Shown in pieces: positions 52,623 to 62,980 of a DNA stretch of 64,000 nucleotides. Source of the stretch: an uncultured Rivularia sp. (GTDB taxonomy: Bacteria > Cyanobacteriota > Cyanobacteriia > Cyanobacteriales > Nostocaceae); NCBI GenBank assembly GCA_963665115.1, contig OY762007.1:8064001-8128000 (forward strand), given 5' to 3'. Positions within the stretch are counted from its first letter, which is position 1. Each line of letters opens with the position of its first letter. A model generated the notes under the pieces. The model was not told the DNA's origin and ran no database searches. It worked only from the letters and a program-made list of their open reading frames with translations. The translations under genes were made by a program, and so were the position numbers.

Positions 52623-53441
52623 CTACATTGCACGTACAAAAAATATCGGCGCATCGCACCAAACACCTTTTTCTGTTGTTGGTACCAGCATTTCTTCGAT
52701 ATATTCCGCTTTACATTGCTCTAATTTATCTGCTGAAAGTTGAAAAACTTGATAACCAAAAACATTTTTGACATTCATCCACCAAATATCTTCGGCAATG
52801 CTATTATCTACCTTAAAATACCAGCCAAACTGCTGAGTTTCTATCTGAATATCTCTGAAACCTATTTCGTGTAATAATCGATTGCATTTTTCCATAGTTC
52901 CCATTGCTGCGTTAGGATTGGGAACATTAATACCATACCTGCTTGCAACTTCTCTAAACAAAACAGAAGATGGGAACGCATTTTCCTGCCAAACATTAAA
53001 CGCTATAAGTCCACCTATTTTAATCAACTGATGCCATTTTCGCAAAGCTGCGGGAATATCAGTTAAATAACAAATAGCTAAAGAACACAATACAGCATCA
53101 AAACTGTTATCGCTAAAATCCAACTTTTCCGCATCTGCTTCGATAAATTCAACATTCTGTAAATTAGTTTCAGCTAACTTTTGTTTGGCATTGTTCAACA
53201 TTCCCGCAGAGATATCGACACCGATAACCTCTCCTTCGCTACCAACTTTTTCGGCAGCATTCAACGCAACTATACCCGTACCCGTCGCGATATCTAATAT
53301 TTTTTGTCCGTTTTGTAAATTTGCAAATTCAACCAACCGATTGGCGATCGCTTTATAAAATCTACCATTATCGTAATTAGTTCTGGAATTAAAGTCGGTT
53401 AATAATTGTTTTTTATAAGCTGTTTTATAGTTAGTTGACAT
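52623..53441 (-). CDS. Class I SAM-dependent methyltransferase (paralog 3)
   Basis: ILDIATGTG, GVDISAGML, EADAE; stop lies within a family B palindrome. Confidence 0.9.
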   Translation of the reverse strand: MSTNYKTAYKKQLLTDFNSRTNYDNGRFYKAIANRLVEFANLQNGQKILDIATGTGIVALNAAEKVGSEGEVIGVDISAGMLNNAKQKLAETNLQNVEFIEADAEKLDFSDNSFDAVLCSLAICYLTDIPAALRKWHQLIKIGGLIAFNVWQENAFPSSVLFREVASRYGINVPNPNAAMGTMEKCNRLLHEIGFRDIQIETQQFGWYFKVDNSIAEDIWWMNVKNVFGYQVFQLSADKLEQCKAEYIEEMLVPTTEKGVWCDAPIFFVRAM

Positions 53442-53507
53442 TATAATTGATCGGGGAATAGGGAACAGGAAAAAAAGTTAAATTAGAATCCGAATTATCT
53501 CTATTTT

Positions 53508-53542
53508 CTCTTCCTCAGCGTCCTCTGCGTCTCTGCGGTTTA
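53508..53542 (-). repeat. Small dispersed repeat (AAACCGCAGAG.CGCAGAG family)
   Basis: Matches the in-gene copy at 2034-2069. Confidence 0.7.
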
Positions 53543-53702
53543 ATATTCTTCAAATGCTATATAATTACCATAACTTATCGTCAGTGCCTAACGCGATCAA
53601 AATTTTCTACATCATCACACACCCGACATTAAATTGTCGTTACAACCTAAAATACGGGAAGACGTTGCAATGCAACGTCTCTACATTAGTTAACGATATA
53701 AT

Positions 53703-56330
53703 CTAAAATCCCCTGACTTGCTTCAATTCCAATTCCCTTTCAAATATCTCATCAATCGCTAACATTTCCCCGTCAACCGTCATAAACTTATGATCTTTAG
53801 TAGCCCGAATTATCGAACCATCTTCTAATTCATACTCGAAAACTTCCTGCATCCCGCGATTGTGCCATTGTGCTATCGGTTGACTGTAAACATTGCCATT
53901 TTTATCGACGCTATACACGGTACATTCAATTTTTTCCTCAACTATTTTACCTATTGGCATCAAGCCATATTCTTCAGTTAAAACTTCAGTGTCGTAACTC
54001 AAACAATATTCGGCAAATTTAATCATTTGGTCGAATAATGCTTCAGCAATATGTTTGCTGACTCCATTTTTTGCGGAACCATCGATAAAAATTTCTCGAT
54101 GTTCCTGCATTTCTGCTACTTTCTTTTTACCCATCGCGCGACGGAGCAAATCGGCTCTTCCCAGAGAATAACCAGCCATGTCTTGAGCAATTTTCATAAT
54201 TTGCTCTTGATAAACCATAATTCCATAGGTTTCATCCAGAATCGGTTCTAAAACTTTGGCTTCGTATGCAATTTGTTCTCTACCATGTTTTCTATCAATA
54301 AAGTGAGGAATTAATCCTGCGTCTAATGGTCCCGGTCGATAAAGCGCTAAAATTGATGAAATATCTTCTATATTGGAAGGCTTTAAATCTCTAACAATTT
54401 GTCGCATTCCGGAAGATTCTAATTGAAATACTCCTTCCAATTCTCCCGCTTCTAATAATTCGTAAGTTAGTTGTACATCCTTGGGAAGCTTGGCTGTTTC
54501 TCCACCTTTAGCGAATATTTTCTGTGCTTTTCTTTCTTGGGCAGTTATATCGTAGGGATCTATTCTATATCCAATTTTGTCTTCAATTAAATCGATAGTT
54601 TTGTCAATCATAGTCAGGTTTCTTAAACCTAAAAAGTCCATTTTTAACAAACCCATCGCTTCTATATCTTCCATGTAATATTGGGTAATTACAGAACCAT
54701 CATTATTCCTTTGTAAGGGTACAATTTCATCTAAAGGTTCGGCTGAAATTACCACACCCGCAGCATGAACCCCGAAGGTTTTATTGGTTCCTTCGATACG
54801 AATTGCCATATCTACCCAGTGTTTCACGGCTGGATCGTTATCATATCTTTCTTTAAATTCGGGTTCCGGGGTATCGTCAGCAATCATTTTTTTCAACTTA
54901 GCTGGTTTACCCCTAGCTACGGGAATCAATTTCGCCATTTTATCGGCTTCCCCGTAAGAAATATCCAACACCCTAGCAACATCTTTTAATACCGATTTGG
55001 AAGTCAATCTGTTAAAAGTAATGATTTGAGCAACCTTATCTTCCCCATATTGACTAGTTACATAATCAATCACTTTATCGCGACTTTCAATACAGAAATC
55101 CGTATCAATATCAGGCATGGATTTTCTTTCTGGATTCAAGAAACGCTCGAATAATAATCCATGATGTACGGGATCGATATTCGTAATGCCCATACAGTAT
55201 GCCACCAAAGAACCAGCCGCCGAACCTCTTCCCGGCCCCACCGGAATATTATTGTCGCGAGCAAATTTGATGTAGTCCCACACGACTAAAAAGTATTCAG
55301 AAAAACCCATCTCCTGAATCATTTTTAATTCATATTTCAGCCTTTCTTTGTAGGAATCATCTATTTCGCTGCGAGATTTACGATTTAATTTTTCTAAAAG
55401 TCCCAGCCAAGTTACTTCTTCTACATAAGTATCGGCAGTATGACCGGGTGGAATCGGAAAATTAGGAGTTCTAGGGGGACTTAAAATTTTATAAGGTTCA
55501 ATTTTATCGGCAACTTCTAGAGTATTTGTGACGGCTTCTCTAATTACATCTTCTGGTAAATGGTCGCGGAATAACTGCATCATTTCTTCGGCAGATTTTA
55601 AATATTCCGTACCGCTGTAGCGCATTCTTTTATCTTCAAATATCTTCTTCCCAGTTTGAATGCATAGCAAAGCGTCGTGGGCTTCTACGTCATTACAAGA
55701 AATATAGTGAGAATCGTTGGTTGCTATCAGCTTAATGCCCAATTCCCGTGCAACTTTGACAATTTCAACATTTACAACCCGATCTTCTTGGGAACCGTGA
55801 TCTTGAATTTCTAAATAATAATCATCGCCAAATATATCTTGATACCATTTAGCCACTCTCCTGGCTACATCTGGTCTACCGCTCATAATCGCTTGGGGTA
55901 TTTCTCCACCCAAACAAGCGCTAGTAACAATTAAATCCTCATGATACTGCTTTAATAATTCTTTATTTATACAAGGGCGCGAAAAAATCCCTTTACCTTG
56001 CACCCCTTCCAAATGAGATATCGTGGTTAACTTAGTTAAATTCTTATAACCCCGATTATTCTTCGCTAAAACAACCTGATGATATTTGGGACGGCGTTCC
56101 TGCTTGGTGATATCGCCGTTAATAATATACATTTCATTGCCGATAATCGGCGTAATATTCTTTTTCTTGCAAATTTTTATCAATTCAACTGCACCATACA
56201 TCACCCCGTGATCCGTCAGGGCGATCGCCTTCATTCCCAATTCAATGGCACGATCGATCAAAGGAGGCAACTGAGACGCACCATCGAGTAAGCTATAGTC
56301 GCTATGAATGTGTAAAGGGACAAAGGACAT
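53703..56330 (-). CDS. dnaE: DNA polymerase III alpha, N-terminal part, fused to split DnaE N-intein
   Basis: [28 protein letters not shown]; junction [15 protein letters not shown]. Confidence 0.97.
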   Translation of the reverse strand: MSFVPLHIHSDYSLLDGASQLPPLIDRAIELGMKAIALTDHGVMYGAVELIKICKKKNITPIIGNEMYIINGDITKQERRPKYHQVVLAKNNRGYKNLTKLTTISHLEGVQGKGIFSRPCINKELLKQYHEDLIVTSACLGGEIPQAIMSGRPDVARRVAKWYQDIFGDDYYLEIQDHGSQEDRVVNVEIVKVARELGIKLIATNDSHYISCNDVEAHDALLCIQTGKKIFEDKRMRYSGTEYLKSAEEMMQLFRDHLPEDVIREAVTNTLEVADKIEPYKILSPPRTPNFPIPPGHTADTYVEEVTWLGLLEKLNRKSRSEIDDSYKERLKYELKMIQEMGFSEYFLVVWDYIKFARDNNIPVGPGRGSAAGSLVAYCMGITNIDPVHHGLLFERFLNPERKSMPDIDTDFCIESRDKVIDYVTSQYGEDKVAQIITFNRLTSKSVLKDVARVLDISYGEADKMAKLIPVARGKPAKLKKMIADDTPEPEFKERYDNDPAVKHWVDMAIRIEGTNKTFGVHAAGVVISAEPLDEIVPLQRNNDGSVITQYYMEDIEAMGLLKMDFLGLRNLTMIDKTIDLIEDKIGYRIDPYDITAQERKAQKIFAKGGETAKLPKDVQLTYELLEAGELEGVFQLESSGMRQIVRDLKPSNIEDISSILALYRPGPLDAGLIPHFIDRKHGREQIAYEAKVLEPILDETYGIMVYQEQIMKIAQDMAGYSLGRADLLRRAMGKKKVAEMQEHREIFIDGSAKNGVSKHIAEALFDQMIKFAEYCLSYDTEVLTEEYGLMPIGKIVEEKIECTVYSVDKNGNVYSQPIAQWHNRGMQEVFEYELEDGSIIRATKDHKFMTVDGEMLAIDEIFERELELKQVRGF
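53706..54005 (-). other. Naturally split DnaE N-intein, 100 aa
   Basis: [40 protein letters not shown]. Confidence 0.95.
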
Positions 56331-56815
56331 AGGCTTTCAACCTTTCTCAAACACCGTAAGTGTTATCCAGAGTAACCCAGGAATGTCATATAGACTATAT
56401 TTTTTTTAAGATAGATATATTAAATTTCTTATTCATGTTTAAATTGTCACCTAGCTTATTGGCAAATGGCGTTAAAACCCGGTCTATGGTTCACGATATT
56501 CGGAAATTTCAATCTTCCCAATACCCACTCCCCATTAAATACCATCAGCATACCCTTAGTCTTTATGGTAATATTTATTACTATTAACCTATAAAAACAA
56601 TGTATTAATAGTTTGGCTTTTCCTAAGTAATCTACCTAAAAAGCATCAAATTTAACCTAAAAAGATCGGTTGAATTTAAGATAAACTGATTAAAAATCAA
56701 AAAATAGAAGATGTTTAACAAAGTAATCTAGTCAAATATTTTAACCTTTACCTTTGACTTTTAACCTTTAACCTTTAACCTCTGACATTTCCCTCTGAAG
56801 ACGAGCGTATCCTCA

Positions 56816-56843
56816 CAAAAAAGCCCCATCCTTGGGATGAGGC
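56816..56843 (-). terminator. Rho-independent terminator
   Basis: GCCTCATCCCAAGGATGGGGC followed by a T-run on minus strand. Confidence 0.75.
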
Positions 56844-56958
56844 AATTATATAAGGCTGAAATTAAAATTAAAATGTCGGAAACCCAAAAGCAAAAATTAG
56901 CCCGTTCAAATAAAAATTTGTTAACTTGTAACTCATAAATCTTTCCCGAACCGTTCTG

Positions 56959-57147
56959 CTAGCCATTACCGCTAGAAGACTGTCCCTTAGCATCGCATTC
57001 TCTGCCCCAGCAGCGCTCTAAAAGCTCTATTCTGTAGACGTAGGCAAAAGTATGGGGATTTAATATCAATTTTTCATTAAACAAGGGTTGGTTGAGATAC
57101 TGCCAAAAGGGGAACTTGAGTTTGTTTTTGTTTTTTTCTGGATTCAT
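56959..57147 (-). CDS. Small hypothetical protein (~62 aa)
   Basis: KFPFWQYLNQPLF..LNP..F..YR..LLERCW; own downstream terminator. Confidence 0.7.
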   Translation of the reverse strand: MNPEKNKNKLKFPFWQYLNQPLFNEKLILNPHTFAYVYRIELLERCWGRECDAKGQSSSGNG

Positions 57148-57389
57148 AGCAAGAGCCAATAATTTAAACCTTTGTCTTCGCAGCAGGCATTTTTTTAAAC
57201 GCTACTACTTAATTAATAGTTAAACCTTACACAATCTGAATACAGTTTACCTGCGGACAATTGCGGAAACAGGAAGAAGCCTACTGCCTCACTTGCAACA
57301 CCTTTACATAAGATCGAAGTTCCATTATTTTGCGGATGCCAGAAAATAGTCATATGTATATTAGATGACATTTAGGTTAAATTTGACAA

Positions 57390-57625
57390 AACAGCGAACA
57401 GCGAGCAGTTAACTGTTAACAGCAAACGGCAAATAATTCATTGAGTATGTGGTGTTGTCCGGATTAATTCACTTTCTTCAAAAGTTCGTCTGCATAAAAG
57501 TACCCTCCCTTAGAATTAAGAGAGGGGGAGATGAGGGGAGGGGGAGATGAGGGGAGGGGGAGACAAGGGGACAAGGGGAATTTTAACCTTTAACCTTAAT
57601 TACTCCTAACTCCTAACTCTCAACT
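57390..57625. repeat. STRR and G-rich tandem repeats
   Basis: ACAGCGA, GGGGAGATGAG, TTAACCT, AACTCCT units. Confidence 0.75.
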
Positions 57626-57626
57626 A

Positions 57627-59336
57627 TTAATAATGGTTTCCGGCTTTACGGCGGTGCATGGCGGTTACAGTATCTGCTTGCAATAACTTACCGTTATCTA
57701 CTGTTGCATATATCACCCAATGGTCGCCGCATTCCATACGCTTGCTTGCAGAACATTCGATATAGGCTATAGCATCTGTGAGGATGATGCCACCATTATC
57801 GGCTGCTGTTGTAGAGAAGTTGGAAAAACGATCTTCACCGGGAGCAAAAGATTTACGGAAGTGCTTGACGTAATCTTGTTGATTGCCTTCACCGATAACA
57901 TTTAAAACAAATTTACTTCCAGGATATAGTAACGTTTCAACTGCTCTATCTTTGGCGATCGCCAAACTAATTCCTGGTGGATCGAATGTAGCTTGCGATA
58001 CCCAAGAACCAAGCATTCCAGTGGAAACTTCTCCTTGCTTGGCAGTAAGTACGCAAACGGAACCAACAATACGTCCAACGGCTTGTTCCATTGGAGTTGC
58101 AGTGGGTTGGGCTATACGTAGTTTGCGGGCTTTTCTTAAGGTTTGAGCGAAGTCGGTTGCTGTTTCTTCGCATTCTTTGAGGGTTTTATCGGATGGTTTA
58201 AATCTAGCTTTGAAGGTATCGAAGCCAAATTTGAATCCTGCATCTTTTAGCTTACCTTCAATTAAATCGAATGCTTCGCCACTCCAACCGTAGGAACCAA
58301 ATACTCCGGCAAGTTTTCCAGTGTCACCAACTGAGAGAACGATACCCAAAGCAGTATGAATCGGAGTAGGAGCATTGCCGCCGATGGTAGGAGAGCCGAT
58401 GATAAAACCATCCGATTTTTCAATGGCCGCGCGGATATCATCAGGGTCTGCAAATTCACAGTTAATAGACTCAACTGCTACCCCACCTTTAGTTAAACCC
58501 AAGCCAAAAGCTTGGGCTAAAGTTGCAGTATTACCGTATGCTGAAGCGTAAAGTAAGGCAACGGTAACTTCGCGTTCGGTTTGAGAAACGCTCCACTGTT
58601 GATAAGCTTTTTTAAGTTCAATCAAACCATAGCGTACCAAAGGACCGTGAACCGTACCATACATTCTCACTGGCACTTCAGAAAGTTTTTCTAAAGCCGC
58701 TTTAACGTGAGCTGCATGGGGAGCCATCAAGCAATCAAAATAGTAGCGTTGGTCTTCCTTTAAAATATCCCAGTCTTCATCGAATACTTCTTCACCGCAG
58801 ACATGAGAGCCAAATAGTTTATTTGAGTAGAGAACTTGGGTTTGTTGGTCGTAAGTAGCAAGTCCGCTCGGCCAACGGGGACTAGGAATCGGGATACCTT
58901 TTAAAACGTGTCCCTTACCCAAATCGAGGGTTTCCTTACCCCGCATTTCTATAACTTTGAGATGTGGCCCAAAAGCCTTACGCAAATTAGCAGCACCAGG
59001 AATTGAAGAAACAAAAGTTAGCTGCGGAGCGCGTTCTAGAATTGCTTTAAGAGTAGCGACGCGATTGGGATTAAAATGTCCAACAATTACATAATCTAAA
59101 TCTTGCAAATCTAAAACACTTTGCAAAGCCTCCATATAAATTGAGGTAAAAGTTTCCGGAGGCGGATCGATAATTGCAGTTTTATCGCCTTCAATTAAAT
59201 AGCAATTAGAAGTACTACCCTTAGCTAATGCATACTCAATCTCAAATCGTAAGCGCGTCCAACTGCGAGCTTTAATCAGCTTAGTATCGGTCGCAATTGG
59301 GGCGATCTGCATATCGCGGGGATTGGAATTGCTCAT
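57627..59336 (-). CDS. flv1B: Flavodiiron protein, Flv1 type (most like heterocyst Flv1B)
   Basis: Non-canonical HFNPNR site, flavodoxin SAYGNT, flavin-reductase C-terminus; directly downstream of an Flv3-type gene. Confidence 0.8.
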   Translation of the reverse strand: MSNSNPRDMQIAPIATDTKLIKARSWTRLRFEIEYALAKGSTSNCYLIEGDKTAIIDPPPETFTSIYMEALQSVLDLQDLDYVIVGHFNPNRVATLKAILERAPQLTFVSSIPGAANLRKAFGPHLKVIEMRGKETLDLGKGHVLKGIPIPSPRWPSGLATYDQQTQVLYSNKLFGSHVCGEEVFDEDWDILKEDQRYYFDCLMAPHAAHVKAALEKLSEVPVRMYGTVHGPLVRYGLIELKKAYQQWSVSQTEREVTVALLYASAYGNTATLAQAFGLGLTKGGVAVESINCEFADPDDIRAAIEKSDGFIIGSPTIGGNAPTPIHTALGIVLSVGDTGKLAGVFGSYGWSGEAFDLIEGKLKDAGFKFGFDTFKARFKPSDKTLKECEETATDFAQTLRKARKLRIAQPTATPMEQAVGRIVGSVCVLTAKQGEVSTGMLGSWVSQATFDPPGISLAIAKDRAVETLLYPGSKFVLNVIGEGNQQDYVKHFRKSFAPGEDRFSNFSTTAADNGGIILTDAIAYIECSASKRMECGDHWVIYATVDNGKLLQADTVTAMHRRKAGNHY

Positions 59337-59419
59337 AATATCGATGGAAAAAATAAAGGATTAACAATTGAAAAAAATAATCAAAAAAAAAGAACGTAGA
59401 TGCTTTTTTGAATTTAATA

Positions 59420-59578
59420 AAGAGATGAGGGGATGAGGGGATGGGGAGAGGGGAAGATTAAGGGATAAGGGGAGAATAAATAATAATTACCAATTACCAA
59501 TTACCAATTACCAATTACCAATTACCAATGCCCAATTACCAATGCCCAATCCCCCATGCCCAATCCCCCATGCCCAAC
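59420..59578. repeat. STRR heptamer tract
   Basis: (CCAATTA)n and CCCAATG/CCCCATG. Confidence 0.88.
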
Positions 59579-59581
59579 TAA

Positions 59582-61300
59582 TTAATAGTAAGTTCCAACT
59601 TTACGGTGGCGGACTGCTGTTACTCCGTCGGGATCAGAAATACGACCTTCGGAAACGGTACAGTACAACAGTGTGTGGTCGCTACATTCCATGCTGGTTT
59701 TAACTTCGCATTCCATGTATGCCAAAGCATCTGCAAGAATGGGGCTACCGTTTTTAGCTGTTTGAGTTTTCACTCCTTCAAATCGGTCAACACCGGGAAG
59801 TAAGCGCTTGAGGAATTGCTTTTTGAGGTCTTGATAGTTTCCTTCTTCAAGAACGTTGAGAACGAACTTATCACCGATCTGTAGTGAAGATTCCATTCCT
59901 CTCTCTTTACCAACAGCTACGGTAAATCCTAAAGGCTGTAAGCTTGCTTGAGCAATCCAAGAAGCAACCATTGCACCTTTGATGTCACCTTTTTTAGTGG
60001 TAACTACATAAAGTCCGTTGCTAATCCGACCTAATGCTTTTTCTAAATCGGCATCAATTGATTTGAGATGCTTGATATTGCGTTCGCGCACCAACAACTG
60101 GCCCATTTCGTTACCAGCTTCGTCAGCGGCTTGAAATACATTGTTGTTGGGTTCTTCTTTGATGCGGATTGCTGGGAAGCCTTCTCTTACACCATGTTCG
60201 AGGAATTTTCTCCGTAAGGTGTCGATAGGTTCGTCATCTCCACCATATGACTCATACAGTCCGACGACTTGCTTATTTTTCACCACCGCTAACAGAGAAC
60301 TGATAGCAGCTTGTGCCGCAGCATTCGCTGTAGGAGGCATACCAATGATGATACCTGCCGCCCTACCTGCCAATTCTTGAATTTCTTGGAGATCGGTGGT
60401 AGCTAAATCCAACATCTCCACACCAACGCCGGTTTTTTGAATACCGTGCCCAATTGATTGCGCTAGGCGATCGCTATATCCATATTCCGATACGTAGTAC
60501 AAACCAATGATTGTTTCGGTTTTGGCTTGTTTTTGACTCCAACTTTGATAACACTCTCTGAGGGTATCCAAGTTGTGGTAAAGTAATGGCCCGTGACCGT
60601 TGGCAATAATTTTAATTTTGCCCAAATCGTTCATTCTCTTCATTGCATTCAATAAAGAGCGAGCATTTGGTCCCATCAAACAATCGTAGTAGAATTTGAA
60701 ATCGGGTTCGATTGCCTCTAAGTTGACATCAAAGGTATCGTCACTGCAATAGTGCATACCAAAAGCGTCACAAGTAAAGAGGGTTTGAGTCTTCTTGTCG
60801 AAACTGAAGATAGTATCAGGCCAGTGTAAATTAGGAGCGCTAACGAATTCAATTTCGTGTCCGTCACCTAAATCTACAGTGTCACCAGTCTTAACAATTC
60901 GCTTAGAAAACGGATCGTGTACCAAGTTTTCTAGAAACTGTAAAGCAACCTTAGAAGCTATAACAGTTGCTCTAGGAGCAATTTGCAACACATCTTCCAC
61001 CAAACCACTATGATCGGGTTCTGTGTGGTTAACAATTATGTAATCAATCTCCTTGGGGTTAACCAAGCTCTTGAGAGTTTCTAAATATTGTTCCCGAAAC
61101 TTGGTATGAGACGTATCAACCAAAGCTGTACGCTCGCCGCGAATTAGATAAGAATTGTAAGTTGTGCCGTTTTGCAATCCAAACTCAATATCAAAGCGAT
61201 CGCGGTCCCAATCGAGACTCCGAATCGCCGTTGTGTTAGGAGCAATTTCAACAGTTTGTATAGTAAGACGTTTTTGTGCGTTCTCGTTGAGCGCTACCAT
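59582..61300 (-). CDS. flv3B: Flavodiiron protein, Flv3 type (most like heterocyst Flv3B)
   Basis: DRFDIEFGLQNGTTYNSY, HTEPDH, LHWPD, CDAFG, GHGP. Confidence 0.8.
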   Translation of the reverse strand: MVALNENAQKRLTIQTVEIAPNTTAIRSLDWDRDRFDIEFGLQNGTTYNSYLIRGERTALVDTSHTKFREQYLETLKSLVNPKEIDYIIVNHTEPDHSGLVEDVLQIAPRATVIASKVALQFLENLVHDPFSKRIVKTGDTVDLGDGHEIEFVSAPNLHWPDTIFSFDKKTQTLFTCDAFGMHYCSDDTFDVNLEAIEPDFKFYYDCLMGPNARSLLNAMKRMNDLGKIKIIANGHGPLLYHNLDTLRECYQSWSQKQAKTETIIGLYYVSEYGYSDRLAQSIGHGIQKTGVGVEMLDLATTDLQEIQELAGRAAGIIIGMPPTANAAAQAAISSLLAVVKNKQVVGLYESYGGDDEPIDTLRRKFLEHGVREGFPAIRIKEEPNNNVFQAADEAGNEMGQLLVRERNIKHLKSIDADLEKALGRISNGLYVVTTKKGDIKGAMVASWIAQASLQPLGFTVAVGKERGMESSLQIGDKFVLNVLEEGNYQDLKKQFLKRLLPGVDRFEGVKTQTAKNGSPILADALAYMECEVKTSMECSDHTLLYCTVSEGRISDPDGVTAVRHRKVGTYY

Positions 61301-62042
61301 ATATATAAATCCGAGGACAGTAATAAGTTCACTTTGCTTCCTCTATTTTTCCCATAAAAACTTTTGTAAAGTTGTCAAAAACTTTATATTCCCGAAAAAA
61401 TTTTTTGTAGCAGATGTTGCTGTTTTTCAGCATTCCAAAATCGCTGAAAGACGGCATAAATAATTGGTTTTTTATTTAATTTTTTATTTGTTTTTTTCAA
61501 AACGGATTATATCAGGAAAATAAATTTTTATAAAATAAAAAGTATAGATAATCATGAATCTAATTAAATTAATGCTTGAGCTTTGAGAGTATTTATCACC
61601 AGACCGTAAGTAGGTTAGGGTTGAAAATTATAATTACTCCATTCCCGCTCTAAATAAAAAAATTATCGGATTCTTCCCCCTCTCACTACATTTGGTAATC
61701 TTCTACTGGGACAGGAATAATTATTCGCAAAAATAAAAAACATATCACTAATTACCTGTAGTCATTACGGAATTATAGTTTTTGTATAACTTTATTATTG
61801 AGCTTTTTAGCAAGTGATAATACTGAGGACAATCGAGTAATAAAAGCTTAAAAAAGATAATAAATCAGCTTATGCGTGTATTTATTATTCGTGTATTTAT
61901 TTAGTTAAGTTATTCTAGATAAACACAAGCAATGATTACACAACGAGCGTCGTTAGATAGCGTAATTTTTCAGATTGTATCATCCTATGCAATTAAGTTT
62001 TAGAACAGCCGTTTGTAATATTCACATATAAATATAAAAGCC

Positions 62043-62792
62043 ATGAAAAAGCAAAAATTATCTTTCAACTTAAGTTTTACGTTAATAATCGTAGCTTCTT
62101 TAATGAACGCTATGGCTATAAGAGTTAACGCTGGTGAGCCAAATGCTCAAGGAAGCACTTCCGAATCATCTGGTTACTCCGGTGGGAACTTCAGCCCTGC
62201 TAATCAGATAATCAATACACAAGTAGCACCTGGGATTAGTAATTCTGTTGAATTTAACGACGGTAAAATAACTGTATCAACAACTGTACAAGCAAAGGTG
62301 AATCAAGTTGCTAGTACAGTACTTAACCAAATTGCTATTAATGAGGCTATTGGTAGTAATGATGGTGAAAATATTAGCTCTTCTAATAGTGATGGAGATA
62401 AAACTGTTAGCACTGGGAATGGTGGTGAAAATATTAGCACAAACGGCACTCAAGTTTCTCCAAGTAATGCTATTGTTGCTATTCTCGTCAGAGGAACAAG
62501 TGCTGGTAATGTAATCTCTCAGATACAAAATACTCTTATAGAAACCGGACTTACCTCGGCATCAGTTGAAACACTTATTAACTCTATGCAGGGTGTGATT
62601 AGTAATTCTTCAGCAGCATTATCAGGTAGTCAACCAACTGTGGATATAAACAAGCTAAACGCTGCTATAAATGCTTACAATAAGATTATTATGGAAAGCG
62701 ATACCAGAACTCTTAGAAAACTTGCTTCAAATCCAGAATTTATCACAATTCGTAATATTCTCAATCAATTCAGAACTGCATTGAAGGGTTAA
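62043..62792 (+). CDS. Secreted hypothetical protein
   Basis: Signal-like N-terminus; Asn/Ser-rich; VDINKLNAAINAYN. Confidence 0.75.
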   Translation: MKKQKLSFNLSFTLIIVASLMNAMAIRVNAGEPNAQGSTSESSGYSGGNFSPANQIINTQVAPGISNSVEFNDGKITVSTTVQAKVNQVASTVLNQIAINEAIGSNDGENISSSNSDGDKTVSTGNGGENISTNGTQVSPSNAIVAILVRGTSAGNVISQIQNTLIETGLTSASVETLINSMQGVISNSSAALSGSQPTVDINKLNAAINAYNKIIMESDTRTLRKLASNPEFITIRNILNQFRTALKG

Positions 62793-62980
62793 ACTTTCAA
62801 CGGGTTGTAGAGACGTAGAGACGTAGCAACGCTACGTCTTGAGATAATTTAGTGAATAAAAAACCATTTACCCGATGCTGTGAGGCTCATTATAAATAAT
62901 AAAACCCACCTACACTTCAAATAAAAATATAGGCAGAAATTGCAGCGTTACGTCTCTACAGAATATAATTTTTTAACCGT

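Noticed and set aside
61781..61830. Fourth copy of the sigma promoter motif (TTTGTATAAC..GTGATAATACTG)
   Set aside because: The 10-mer has a mismatch and the spacing is about 24 nt rather than 17
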